A stretch of DNA of 64,000 bases from contig JANXRW010000070.1 in the NCBI GenBank assembly GCA_025356655.1, forward strand, positions 16,620 to 80,619. Direction: 5' to 3'. This DNA comes from Betaproteobacteria bacterium. Its GTDB lineage: Bacteria > Pseudomonadota > Gammaproteobacteria > Burkholderiales > SHXO01. Below are positions 8,990 through 18,815 of the stretch, in pieces. Made by a program: the position numbers and the translations under genes. Below the pieces are notes generated by a model. The model was not told the DNA's origin and made no database searches. It saw nothing but the letters and a program-made list of their open reading frames with translations. Numbering within the stretch: the stretch's first letter is position 1; each line of letters begins with the position of its first letter.

Positions 8990-11900
8990 GCCAGGGGCTC
9001 CAGGTGTTCTAGCAGCGGGCTGAATACGGCATGGGCACAGCGCTCGAAGGACTCCCCGAGCGCGTCGTCGACGCCGCGCAAGGCCAACGCGTGGTACAGG
9101 TCATCCTTCTCGGGCCAGGTGTTCTTGCCGTAGGGGGACCATTTGGATCGTGCCGCCGAGAGCTTGTGATCCTGCGCGTAGGCCCAGGCGCTGCGGGGAA
9201 AGAAGTGCAGTGGCGCCTGAAGTCCCTCGCGGTAGAGATCCACTAACTCGCCGAGAACCACGCCGGGGTGTTCGACCGGGCGCAAGCGAAATACTCCGCC
9301 GCGCGCGTACCAGGAGGTGCGCGGAAGCACGCCCGGTGGTGCCGCCGCGCACAGGAAAAGGTGGTCGATCCAGGCCCGCAGATAATCGCCCGCGCGCGCC
9401 TCATCGTAGCGCCAACACAGGAGTCCATCGGGGCGTAGCCCCTGCAAGACGCCCGTGATGCGCCAGGGTTGTTCGCCGGCGACGGGCACGGGCACGCTGT
9501 CGGGTGCGGCCGACAGCGGGGGCGCGGCGAGTAGCGGGCGCAGCCGCGCGCAGAATGCCGTCATCTGCGCCAACTCCCGAATGACGGCCTCGCGCCCCAG
9601 TTGGCCCTGCGGGAAAGCGTTGTCGGCCAATGCCAGCGCGTAGGCCTGTTCCTCGTCGCCCTCCAGGAGCAGGGGCAGGAGGCGCTGGGAGAGATCGCTC
9701 CGTGCCTTCCAGTCGGGGAGGAAGTGTTCGTCATCCTCGAGCGCTTCCTCGGTGCGTTCCAGGCGCAGGCCCAGGCGCTCCTGCAGCAACATGCGAGAGG
9801 GATGCCGGAAGAACCGCTGCAAGCGCTCCAACGCCACTGCGTTCACCGCACCGGAGGGCGCGGTGAGCGGTGCGGGGAAGAACAGCCGTTGCGGCCGGTC
9901 GGGGTCGACCTCCTCGGCGTCGTCGCGCTGCGCGCGAGTGGCTTCTGCAGGGTGGGGCAGCGCGGGCGGCGCAGGCTCCGCCGCCGCGAGCAGGGCCTGG
10001 GCGTACTCCTCGTTGAAACTGCGCAGGCGCGGATCTGGGCCGGGCAGAAAGTACTGGGGCGAGAATGCCTGCAGGGGGTGTTCCAGCAGTAGCTGCGCCC
10101 GCAGGTGCGCACGCGCCCGCGGTTGTGCTGGATCCGCACAGGCCTCCATCAGGAATTCCAGCAACTCCGAGACAACCACCGCCGGTGGCAGTTCGCTGTT
10201 GTCTCGCTGCTGGCGGCCCGTGTAGCTCAGGTACAGGCGCTCGCGCGCGCTCAGCAGCAGGTCCAGGAAGAGGTTACGGTCATCGAGCCGCCGTTGGCGG
10301 TCCCCGGGGCGCGGTTGCAGCGCCATCAGGTCGAACTCGGCGGGCCGCTGGTCAGCGGGAAAGGCCCCGTCGTTGAGTCCCAGGACGCAGATCACCCGGT
10401 AGGGCAGCGCACGCAGGCTGCTCATGGAACAAAACGTGAGCACGCCGGAGGGTACGCCACCGCGCACCGGATCGTCGAGCAGGCCCGAGAGCGCCTCTCG
10501 CACGACGCTAAGTGCAATCCTCGTTTCGCCCCCGCCGGCCATGTTGTCGCGGAGTTGGTCCAGTGCTGCCTGCAACTCCCGCATCTCCTCCACCCCGTCG
10601 GTCCCGGGGTCGAGGAATTGCGCTACTGCGGCGCCCAGGCTGCTGTGCCAGGCGGCCCCGTCACGAGGCCGGGTCCACTGCTCGCGCTGGTGCGAGAGGG
10701 CCGCCACGTATCGCTGCAGCCGGCCCAAGGCGGGCGCATCGGCCCCTTCCACGCTGGCGGCACCGACGCGCCCGGCGACCGTCGTACGCCGCGCCGCGGC
10801 GCTGTCGCCCAGTGCATAAGCTAAGTAGAGTCGTGAGAGCCCGTCCTCGAAGCTGTGGCGCTGCTGCGGCGGCATGCCCAGGCGCACGCGCTCGGATTCA
10901 TCGAGCCCCCAGTGGATGCGCGCTTCGCGGATCCACTCCAGTAGGCGTTCGGGGTCCTCCGCGCTTAGGCCGAACCGGCGCGCCACGGGCACCTGCGTGA
11001 GGAGGTCGAACACCTCGCTCGCCGGGAACCGACCGACGCACAGGTTCATCAAGTCGAGCAGGGCGCGTGCCACCGGGTTGGTCGCAGAGGCGGGCCGTCC
11101 GGTGATGACGTAGGCAATGCGCCGCGACGCCGGCGCGGTGCCGAAGACCGCGTCGATGGCCGGCGCCGCCGCTGCGAGGTCGGGCAGCGCCACCAGGATC
11201 TCCGCGGGGTGTGGTGGGTGCTCCTGGGTGAAGCAGGCGAGCAACTGATCCTGCAGGACCTCGAGTTCGCGGGTCAGCGAGTGACAGCAGTGGATCTCGA
11301 TGCTGCGGTCATCGGCGCGCAGGCCGAACTCCCCTGGCGCTGGGTTGCGCAGGGCGAGGATGGAGTCCTGGACCTGCCCGAGCAGGCTGGCTCGTCCGCT
11401 GCCGAAGAACTGGCTCAGCTCCTCCACCGTGTGTTGGTCATCGGCCAGCAGAAGGCCGAGCTGCGCCTGCGCTTGTCTTCCCCAGGACGCCAGCAGTGGG
11501 TTGCCCACTTCATGGTGGCCCGCCTCGCCCTGGCGGCGCAGGTAGCTGAGTCGACGGGGATTGACCACCTCGAACCAATATTCCTCGCAGGGGTTCAGCG
11601 CGTAGTAGGACAACTGTGTCCACTGGGAGAACTGGCGCAGGATGTCCAGGTAGCTCGGTGCCACTGCGGGAAGGCAGAACACATGCGCTGAGCGCGGCAG
11701 ACCCGGTCGGGCCGGGGCGGAGGCATTACGGGCCACGGCGGCGAAGAAACGTGCGGCGGGATGCTCGCTGCTCGTCCCGAGCGCCGCAGTCAAGCGGCGC
11801 CAGAGATCGGCCTGCCAATGCTCGTCCTCTGCGCGGGCTGCGTCCAGGCCGGGGATCTCCGCCCGTCGGCCGGCGGACCAAGCTTCGAGCCAGGCAGGCC

Positions 11901-12315
11901 GGTAGGTGATGTAGTGTTCGAGCAGTTCCGCCGTGCGCTGTGCGAGTTCCAGCCGCATCACCGGGTCCGCTTGACCCAGGTAGTGCGCGAGGCGAGGATG
12001 CGCCGCCGTCAGCCGCTCGTCACCCAGCAGGCTGTGGATGCGCCAGGACAGTGCGGGTGGGTTGAAGGGCGAGGATTGCTGCACCTCGATGACCCGGCCC
12101 ATCTGCGTCCACAGCCACTGCCCGAGGAAGGAGAACTCCACCTGCGCGCAGATCCCCTGCCGGTCGGCGAGCGCCAGTTCGATGCGCCGCCGCAGTGCCA
12201 AGCTAGGGATGATCACCTGCTGCGTCTCGAAGGGCCCTGGGCGCTCGTCCACCAGGCGCTCCAGCAAACAGTCCAGCAGGTACTCGAAGCGGTTGGACAG
12301 GGTCAGGCGAAGCAT
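8986..12315 (-). CDS. recC: Exodeoxyribonuclease V gamma subunit RecC
   Basis: MLRLTLSNRFE N-terminus, NPCEEYW, NPLLASWG, CHSLTRELEVL, EHPLQAFSPQYF; directly upstream of recB. The 130-codon extension in the track overlaps queC and was dropped. Confidence 0.93.
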   Translation of the reverse strand: MLRLTLSNRFEYLLDCLLERLVDERPGPFETQQVIIPSLALRRRIELALADRQGICAQVEFSFLGQWLWTQMGRVIEVQQSSPFNPPALSWRIHSLLGDERLTAAHPRLAHYLGQADPVMRLELAQRTAELLEHYITYRPAWLEAWSAGRRAEIPGLDAARAEDEHWQADLWRRLTAALGTSSEHPAARFFAAVARNASAPARPGLPRSAHVFCLPAVAPSYLDILRQFSQWTQLSYYALNPCEEYWFEVVNPRRLSYLRRQGEAGHHEVGNPLLASWGRQAQAQLGLLLADDQHTVEELSQFFGSGRASLLGQVQDSILALRNPAPGEFGLRADDRSIEIHCCHSLTRELEVLQDQLLACFTQEHPPHPAEILVALPDLAAAAPAIDAVFGTAPASRRIAYVITGRPASATNPVARALLDLMNLCVGRFPASEVFDLLTQVPVARRFGLSAEDPERLLEWIREARIHWGLDESERVRLGMPPQQRHSFEDGLSRLYLAYALGDSAAARRTTVAGRVGAASVEGADAPALGRLQRYVAALSHQREQWTRPRDGAAWHSSLGAAVAQFLDPGTDGVEEMRELQAALDQLRDNMAGGGETRIALSVVREALSGLLDDPVRGGVPSGVLTFCSMSSLRALPYRVICVLGLNDGAFPADQRPAEFDLMALQPRPGDRQRRLDDRNLFLDLLLSARERLYLSYTGRQQRDNSELPPAVVVSELLEFLMEACADPAQPRARAHLRAQLLLEHPLQAFSPQYFLPGPDPRLRSFNEEYAQALLAAAEPAPPALPHPAEATRAQRDDAEEVDPDRPQRLFFPAPLTAPSGAVNAVALERLQRFFRHPSRMLLQERLGLRLERTEEALEDDEHFLPDWKARSDLSQRLLPLLLEGDEEQAYALALADNAFPQGQLGREAVIRELAQMTAFCARLRPLLAAPPLSAAPDSVPVPVAGEQPWRITGVLQGLRPDGLLCWRYDEARAGDYLRAWIDHLFLCAAAPPGVLPRTSWYARGGVFRLRPVEHPGVVLGELVDLYREGLQAPLHFFPRSAWAYAQDHKLSAARSKWSPYGKNTWPEKDDLYHALALRGVDDALGESFERCAHAVFSPLLEHLEPLA

Positions 12316-12389
12316 GGGAGGCAGCGCGCTCTGGGGGCTCTCGGAGTGATGATTATGGCGCAGGTCACCCATCGACCGCTCGCCCGTGT

Positions 12390-13091
12390 TCAGCCCAGGC
12401 TCGCGGTCCAGCGCTCGTGGCCCTGGGCGCGCAGGGTGCAGGCGGGGCAGCCGCCACAGCCGCGGCCCCAGGGGTGACGCAGGGCGCGTTCTCCGAGATA
12501 ACAGGTATGCGTGTGTTCGCGGACCAGGTCCACCAGGGCGGCGCCACCGAGCTCCGCGGCCAAAGCCCAAGTGGCTGCCTTGTCCAGCCACATCAGCGGT
12601 GTCTCCACCCGCAGGGATCGACCCAGGCCCAAGCTGAGCGCCACCTGCAGGGCCTTCATCGTGTTGTCGCGGCAGTCGGGGTAGCCGGAGTAGTCCGTCT
12701 CGCACATTCCCGCGACCAGCACCGGGAGGTCACGGCGGTAGGCCAAGGCCGCCGCCGCGGTGAGGAAGACTAAGTTGCGGGCCGGAACGAAGGTGTTGGG
12801 CAGGCCTTGCGCGTCCAGGGTAATGGCCATCTCGCTGGTCAGTGCGGTGTCGCCGATCTGCCGGAAGAGGTCCAGCGCCAGCACATGGTCTTCCCTCAGG
12901 CGTCCGGCCCAGCGCGGGAAGCCCTGGCGCAGGGCCTCGAGCAAGGGCGGTCGGCACTGCAATTCGACGCGGTGGCGCTGGCCATAGTCAAAGCCCAGCG
13001 TCTCCACGCGATCGAAGCGCTCCAGGGCCCAGGCGAGGCAGGTGGTGGAGTCCTGCCCGCCGGAGAACAGGACTATAGCGGATGTGCTCAG
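12390..13091 (-). CDS. queC: 7-cyano-7-deazaguanine synthase QueC (probable CTG start)
   Basis: [14 protein letters not shown]-loop lies upstream of the track's start; [19 protein letters not shown] and the Zn motif TCY...GCGGCPAC are present. The only plausible start upstream of the PP-loop is CTG at 13091. Confidence 0.93.
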   Translation of the reverse strand: MSTSAIVLFSGGQDSTTCLAWALERFDRVETLGFDYGQRHRVELQCRPPLLEALRQGFPRWAGRLREDHVLALDLFRQIGDTALTSEMAITLDAQGLPNTFVPARNLVFLTAAAALAYRRDLPVLVAGMCETDYSGYPDCRDNTMKALQVALSLGLGRSLRVETPLMWLDKAATWALAAELGGAALVDLVREHTHTCYLGERALRHPWGRGCGGCPACTLRAQGHERWTASLG

Positions 13092-14080
13092 GGCAACACC
13101 TTGATCTCACGCACGAACTGCAGGGTATAAGCCTTGTGGTAGTCCATGTCGGCGCGGACCATGCCGGCGCTGACCATGAAGTCGAAGGTCTGTTTCCAGC
13201 GGGCGTCGGTCATGGTGAGGATGCCCTGGGTGCCGGCGTCCGAGCCGGTGACCAGACCGTATTCGCGCATCTTCGCCACGCCGAAGGCGAGCAAGGAGTC
13301 CTCCATTTGCGGGTTGGCCTTTTTGATGAGCGCGTTGCCCTTGGTGGGGTCCTCCAGGTAATGTTTCCAGCCCTCGGCGGTTGCCTGCAGAAATCGGCGG
13401 ATGAGTTCGGGCTTGGCGCCCAGCACGCTACGGGTCGTGACGATGGTCTCCGCGTAGGGGGGGTAGCCCACATCGGCGAGCAGAAATAGCGTGGGCTTGA
13501 TACCCGCTTTTTCGATGGACGCGGGCTCCGAGGTGAGGTATCCCTGTTGCGCGACATTCTTGTCCACCAGGAACGGTGCGACGCTGAACGCGTAGGGTCG
13601 TTTCTGGCTGTCGGCGAAACCGTAACGTGCCTTCAGCCAGGGCCAGAAGGTCGTCTCGCTCGCTTGCCCGATCAGCAGGCTACGGCTCTTCAATTCAGGC
13701 AGGCTCGTGACGTCCGGGTGGGCGATGAGCACCACGGGGTCCTTCTGGAAGGTCGCGCCCACGGTCACCAGTGGCAGGTTTTGTTCGAGCCCTTTGATGA
13801 CCTGCAAGTCATAACCCATCACTAAGTCGGCCTGCCCTGCGAGCAGCAATTGCATCACATTGACTTGCGGCCCGCCCATCCGGACTTCCACGTCCAGGCC
13901 CTGGCGCCGGTAGCTGCCGTCGGCCACGGCTTGGTAGAAGCCGCCATGCTCGGCTTCGGCGTACCAGTTGGTGACGAATACCATCTTGGTGAGTTCCGCC
14001 GCGTGGGGACCGCCAGGCAGCAGGCACAGCGAGATGACCGCGGCAGCGAGGACGCGGCGCAGGGTTGGAGCAATGTTCAT
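13088..14080 (-). CDS. ABC transporter substrate-binding protein, NMT1/THI5 (NitT/TauT) family
   Basis: Signal peptide, then [32 protein letters not shown]. Confidence 0.88.
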   Translation of the reverse strand: MNIAPTLRRVLAAAVISLCLLPGGPHAAELTKMVFVTNWYAEAEHGGFYQAVADGSYRRQGLDVEVRMGGPQVNVMQLLLAGQADLVMGYDLQVIKGLEQNLPLVTVGATFQKDPVVLIAHPDVTSLPELKSRSLLIGQASETTFWPWLKARYGFADSQKRPYAFSVAPFLVDKNVAQQGYLTSEPASIEKAGIKPTLFLLADVGYPPYAETIVTTRSVLGAKPELIRRFLQATAEGWKHYLEDPTKGNALIKKANPQMEDSLLAFGVAKMREYGLVTGSDAGTQGILTMTDARWKQTFDFMVSAGMVRADMDYHKAYTLQFVREIKVLP

Positions 14081-14121
14081 GCGATGGATCTCCTCAGTGG
14101 AAAAGGGGCCGTTGACCGTGG

Positions 14122-14928
14122 TCAGCGGGGTTCGTATTCGTTGCGCATTTCACTTTCGTGCCAACGGCCAAGGGCGAGCCTTGCCAGCAGGCTCGCGCCC
14201 AGGAACAACACGACGCCGGTGGCCGCGATGAGCAGCAGCGCGGCAAACAGCCTCGGGATGTTCAGCTGCAACCCAGACATCAGGATCTGGTAGGCCAGCC
14301 CAGAGCCCGTTCCCCCCGTGCCCGCGACGAACTCGGCCACGACCGCACCGATGAGCGCGAGTCCGCTCGACACGCGGAGCCCTGCAAAGAAATAGGGTAG
14401 GCAACTCGGGATGCGCAGCCGAAGCAGCACCTGCCAACGGCTTGCGTGGTGCAGGCGGAACAGGTCGACAAGTCCTGGGTCCACGCTGCGCAAGCCGACG
14501 ATGGTATTGGAGACGATGGGGAACAGCGCGACGATGGTGGCGCAAATCACCAATGCCGCCGTCGGATCCTTGACCCAGATGATGATGAGCGGGGCGATGG
14601 CGACGATAGGCGTCACCTGTACCAAAACGACGTAGGGGAACAGGCTGAGTTCGATGAGCCGACTCTGCACGAAGAGGAAGGCTACGAGAACGCCCAGTAC
14701 GAGCGCGAGCCCTAGCGCGAGCAGGGTGATCTTCAAGGTCACCAGCAAGGAAGCGCCCAGCAGGGCCCAGTCGCTGGCCAAGGCGCCCAGTACCACCAAG
14801 GGCGCGGGCACCAGGTACACCGGGACCTGCCCGAGGGTCACGATGAGATGCCAGGCCAGGAGGGTCGCCAGCCCCACGAGGCCGGGGGCGGCTAGGCGCA
14901 GCCAGCGCGGGTAGGCGCGCTCATTCAT
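14122..14928 (-). CDS. ABC transporter permease, NitT/TauT family
   Basis: Hydrophobic; QVTPIVAIAPL, FPIVSNT, LPYFFAGLR, LIGAVVAEF. Confidence 0.9.
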   Translation of the reverse strand: MNERAYPRWLRLAAPGLVGLATLLAWHLIVTLGQVPVYLVPAPLVVLGALASDWALLGASLLVTLKITLLALGLALVLGVLVAFLFVQSRLIELSLFPYVVLVQVTPIVAIAPLIIIWVKDPTAALVICATIVALFPIVSNTIVGLRSVDPGLVDLFRLHHASRWQVLLRLRIPSCLPYFFAGLRVSSGLALIGAVVAEFVAGTGGTGSGLAYQILMSGLQLNIPRLFAALLLIAATGVVLFLGASLLARLALGRWHESEMRNEYEPR

Positions 14929-15688
14929 CCGGGCCCGCTCCGCTTGCTGCTTCGAGCAGGCCGCCGAGTTGGGCGCAGAGCCGCGCGTGTCGCTCGGACA
15001 GGGCAAAACCACGCTCCCGCGGATAGGGTTCGTCGACGCGGATGGCGTCGAGGAGTCGGCCGGGTCGCGCGGACATCACGACCACACGGTTCGACAGCAG
15101 GACGGCCTCGGAGATACTGTGGGTGACGAACACCACGGTGAGCGGCGTTCCAGTCCAGAGTCCGAGAAGGTCGCGATCGAGGCGCGCGCGCGTGATCTCG
15201 TCCAGGGCCGCAAAGGGCTCGTCCATGAGCAGGAGGGCGGGGTCAGTGATGAGCGCGCGCGCGATGGAAACACGCATCTGCATGCCGCCGGAGAGTTCAC
15301 GCGGGTAGGCTCGGCTGAACTCCTGCAGCCCTACGCGTGCAAGCGCTGCGGCTACGCGCTCGCGCGCCTCGGGGGCCGTGGTGCCCTCCAGATCGAGTGG
15401 CAGGCGAACGTTGTCGGCGACGCTGGCCCAGGGCATGAGCGTGGGGGTTTGGAACACGAAAGCCCGCCGGCTGGCCCCGGCTGCCACGTCGACACGACCG
15501 CCCGAGGGCGTGACCAGGCCAGCAATGAGGCGCAACAGGGTGCTTTTGCCGCATCCCGACGGACCGATGAGCGTCAGGAATTCACCGCGCTCGATGTCTA
15601 GATCCACCGGGTCTAGCGCGCGCACACCGCCGCGAAACGTCTTGCTCACCTGGCGCACGCGCACCAGCGGCGCCTCGGTCCGGACCAC
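14921..15688 (-). CDS. ABC transporter ATP-binding protein, NitT/TauT family
   Basis: GPSGCGKST, LSGGMQMR, LLLMDEPFAALD, FVTHS; GTG start at 15688. Confidence 0.92.
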   Translation of the reverse strand: MVRTEAPLVRVRQVSKTFRGGVRALDPVDLDIERGEFLTLIGPSGCGKSTLLRLIAGLVTPSGGRVDVAAGASRRAFVFQTPTLMPWASVADNVRLPLDLEGTTAPEARERVAAALARVGLQEFSRAYPRELSGGMQMRVSIARALITDPALLLMDEPFAALDEITRARLDRDLLGLWTGTPLTVVFVTHSISEAVLLSNRVVVMSARPGRLLDAIRVDEPYPRERGFALSERHARLCAQLGGLLEAASGAGPDE

Positions 15689-15692
15689 TTGC

Positions 15693-16262
15693 TCAGCGCA
15701 GGAATTCACGATGCACCTCGCGGAACAGGTCGGTGCCTGCGCGTTCCAGCCATTCGAAGGCAACCATCTCGCGCGACACCAAGGTAGCGCCCGCGCCGGC
15801 CATTCGGCCCAACGCCAATTCCCGGTCCGAAGCGCGGCGCGAGCCTACGGCCTCGGCGACCACATAGACCTCGCGCGGCTGCGCGAGCAAGTCCAGGACG
15901 GTCTGCAACACACACACGTGCGATTCGCATCCGACCACCACCCATTGCTCGCGATCGGCGCCAGCTGCCTCGCGCAGGCAGCCGTCGGTCACCGCAGAGA
16001 AATGGATTTTACTGACGATGCCCGCCGCCGGAAGGTGCGCGGCCAGCGTCCCATCGGTGGGCCCCAGGCCCTGGGGATACTGCTCCGTGGCGATGATGGG
16101 TACCCCCAAGCGGCCCGCCACCCGGGTGAGCCAGAGGCAGTGCGCGAGCATATGGTCGGCCTCGTGCAGGTGGGGAAGGAGGCGTGCCTGCACGTCCACC
16201 ACCAGCAGCGTGGAGCGCCGCGCGTCGAGTCTGCCCCGGGGCCTCGTGTGGTCGACGGACAT
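15693..16262 (-). CDS. Isochorismatase-family cysteine hydrolase (YcaC-like)
   Basis: LLVVDVQARL, TEQYPQGLG, K-x-x-FS, GCESHVCV, EMVAFEWL. Confidence 0.88.
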   Translation of the reverse strand: MSVDHTRPRGRLDARRSTLLVVDVQARLLPHLHEADHMLAHCLWLTRVAGRLGVPIIATEQYPQGLGPTDGTLAAHLPAAGIVSKIHFSAVTDGCLREAAGADREQWVVVGCESHVCVLQTVLDLLAQPREVYVVAEAVGSRRASDRELALGRMAGAGATLVSREMVAFEWLERAGTDLFREVHREFLR

Positions 16263-16268
16263 GGCGGA

Positions 16269-16838
16269 TCATTCCTGCAGGAGCGGGAGGACCTGCTCCT
16301 GGTAGAAGTGGCGCAGCTTGGCGCCCCATTGGCGATGACGTAGGATTCCCTTGCGGTCGATCAGGAAACTCGTCGGCGTGGGATAGCGCGCGCCGAAGCC
16401 GTTCTCCTCCAACTCGCGCACCATGGCCCCCGGGAGTTCATAGGTCGTCAACATGCGCGCGACGCGGTCCCGGTCGGCGAGATCGTCGATGGCCAGTTCC
16501 AGGACCTCGAACCCCTCCGCTCGATGCGCCTCCCGAAACGCTTCCAGGGTTCCGATCTCGTAGGCGCAGAACTTGCAATAGCTCGAAAAGTAGTTGATCA
16601 AGACAACCTTTCCTCGTAAGGCGGCTAGGTCCAGGGGTTCACCGCTTAGCAGGTGACCGCGCAGACTTGGCGCCGGTTCGCCCAGTTCCGGCATGGTCCA
16701 GGCGTTCGCGGCGGTCAACAGGGACGCCACCAGCACCCACTGCAACAGGGATTTCGTCCCGCCCGGAGGAGTCCCACGCGAGCGCTCAAAGAATGCGGTT
16801 CCGGGCGCTTGCAGCCGGCCCGGTTGCTTACTCCGCAC
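16269..16838 (-). CDS. TlpA-like exported thioredoxin-fold protein (start uncertain)
   Basis: Hydrophobic N-segment, GEPAP, LRGKVVLINYFSSYCKFCAYE (CxxC), PTSFLIDRKG. Confidence 0.8.
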   Translation of the reverse strand: MRSKQPGRLQAPGTAFFERSRGTPPGGTKSLLQWVLVASLLTAANAWTMPELGEPAPSLRGHLLSGEPLDLAALRGKVVLINYFSSYCKFCAYEIGTLEAFREAHRAEGFEVLELAIDDLADRDRVARMLTTYELPGAMVRELEENGFGARYPTPTSFLIDRKGILRHRQWGAKLRHFYQEQVLPLLQE

Positions 16839-17790
16839 TAACCAGGCCACGGGCAAGCAGCGAGCGGAAGGCCGCGCAGGTGCCCTGCAGCCCCGCGTCC
16901 AGCGGGACGCTACCGTAGTCCCCCAGGTAGGCCCTCACCGGTTCATCCGATAGGTCCATGGGGAAGGGTAGCGTGGCACCTTCGCAGCGCACCTGTGCGC
17001 CCGGTTCCAGGGTGCGCAGGAGTTCCAGGGATTGCTCCACGGTCGAAGCTATACCGTTGATATCGAACACCGCGGCGTCGCTCCGGGGGGTCGCGACGGC
17101 GCGCAGGAAGGCGCTGGCAACCTCTCCCGCGTGCAGCCAGGACACGGGGCCGGTGAACGGAATCGTGTAGGGCCGGCCCGCCGCCGTCGCGAGCAGGGCC
17201 ACCGTTGTCTTGGAGGTCATTCCCTGATCCCGTCCGACGCCGTAGACGACCCCAGGGCGCAGGCCCACGCTGGGGATCGCCGACTCCTTCCAGTAAACCC
17301 GCGCCGTCTGCTCGTTGCAGTACTTATAGGCGCCGTAGAGGGTAGCCGCCCAAGGGCTGGCGGACTGGGCGCCGTGCGCCGCGATGGAACTCGCGTAGGT
17401 TACGCGCTGGATGCCGGCGGCGCGCGCCGCCTCGAAGACGTTGACCGTGCCCACCACGTTGACTAGGGCACCGGCGACGGGGTCGGCTTTGCAGAAGGGT
17501 ACTTGCAGGGCGGCCAGGTGCACTATCGCGCGCGCACCGCTTTCCTGGATCACGCGGGCCACGGCGGCCGTGTCGGCGATGTCGCCGCTGAACCAGCGCA
17601 CTGCCGCCAGGTCGGGTGCCTCCAGGAGCAGCCCCGGGCGCCGGCGGTCCACTTGTAGATCGAAGGCGACGGCAGGCACTCCCGCCCGAACGAGCAGGGC
17701 CAGCACCCAGCTGCCAATACAACCGCCTGCCCCGGTAACCAGCACGGGGCCATCGAAGTCGGCCGCGTTGACCGGGAAGTGTTCTAGCAT
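16828..17790 (-). CDS. NAD-dependent epimerase/dehydratase (extended SDR)
   Basis: VLVTGAGGCIG, IVHLAALQVP, YGAYK (YxxxK); AGGAG SD before MLEHFP. Confidence 0.88.
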   Translation of the reverse strand: MLEHFPVNAADFDGPVLVTGAGGCIGSWVLALLVRAGVPAVAFDLQVDRRRPGLLLEAPDLAAVRWFSGDIADTAAVARVIQESGARAIVHLAALQVPFCKADPVAGALVNVVGTVNVFEAARAAGIQRVTYASSIAAHGAQSASPWAATLYGAYKYCNEQTARVYWKESAIPSVGLRPGVVYGVGRDQGMTSKTTVALLATAAGRPYTIPFTGPVSWLHAGEVASAFLRAVATPRSDAAVFDINGIASTVEQSLELLRTLEPGAQVRCEGATLPFPMDLSDEPVRAYLGDYGSVPLDAGLQGTCAAFRSLLARGLVSAE

Positions 17791-17852
17791 GGGGCTCCTC
17801 CTGCGGGTTAGGTAGATTAGGGGACGGTAGCGTAGCGGAGTCGGCGGACCCC

Positions 17853-18734
17853 TCAGAGGGTCTCCATGGGCAGGCTTGCATCCGGCGCCCACTCGCTCAA
17901 GGAGCCATCGTAGAGGCGCACGTCCCCGTGCCCCAGCATTTGCAGGCAGAACACCGAACTTGCCGCGGCGATGCCGCCGCCGCAGTAGGCGATTACCCGT
18001 GGCCGGGCCAGCGCGGGCGCGAAAATCGCGTGCAGTTCATCCGCCGGCCGGAACCGGTTGTTGGCGTCGACTACGTTGGCAGAGGGGATGTTCACGCTGC
18101 CGGAGATGTGCCCCGGTCGGCCGTACTGGGTCCCGCCGGTACCCGCGTGCTGTTCCGGGCGCAGCGCGTTCAGCACGCAGGTGTCCTGGCGGCCCAGGGC
18201 CTGGAGGACATCGCCTCGGGCGGCGACCCCGGTCGGTTCGCGCCGGGCCTGGAAGGTGGCCTGCGGGCGCGCGCGCGCCCGTCCGCTTTCCACCGGAAGC
18301 CCCAGCCGCGTCCATTCCTGGAAGCCACCATCGAGCACCGCCACCGCGTCGTGGCCGAACAGGCGCAGGAGCCACCACAAGCGGGCGGCCCACCAGTGGT
18401 TGGCCGTGGAATAGGCGACGATGAGCGCGTCGTTGCCGATGCCCTGTTGGCCCAGGGACCGGTTGAAGTGTTGGGTTGGGGGTACCATGAAGTGGAGGTC
18501 GTGCTCGGGATCGGACAGTTCGCCGTCCATGTCCACGAAGCGGGCCCCTGGGATATGGCTGCGCTCGAAGTCCAGTCGGCCAGGGAGCACGTCGTAGGGT
18601 TTGTCCGAGCGTGGGACTAGGTGCGTCGTGGCGTCCAGGACGCGCACACGCGGGTCATCGAGGTGGGCGGCCAGCCAAGCCGGGCTGGCCAGGAAAGGCG
18701 AGGGCAGTTCCTTTAGCGGGGCAAGAGCGGACAT
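17853..18734 (-). CDS. Two-domain rhodanese / 3-mercaptopyruvate sulfurtransferase (SseA-like)
   Basis: HIPGA, AARLWW, VLDGG, GHISGSVN, catalytic loop YCGGGIAA, LYDGSLSEW. Confidence 0.9.
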   Translation of the reverse strand: MSALAPLKELPSPFLASPAWLAAHLDDPRVRVLDATTHLVPRSDKPYDVLPGRLDFERSHIPGARFVDMDGELSDPEHDLHFMVPPTQHFNRSLGQQGIGNDALIVAYSTANHWWAARLWWLLRLFGHDAVAVLDGGFQEWTRLGLPVESGRARARPQATFQARREPTGVAARGDVLQALGRQDTCVLNALRPEQHAGTGGTQYGRPGHISGSVNIPSANVVDANNRFRPADELHAIFAPALARPRVIAYCGGGIAAASSVFCLQMLGHGDVRLYDGSLSEWAPDASLPMETL

Positions 18735-18815
18735 GCGGGGAATGCTCCAGAATCAGCAGGTGGCGGAGTCGATATTCCGGCACCGAGTTTAGCCTGTTTC
18801 GCAGGGGGGGCGCCC

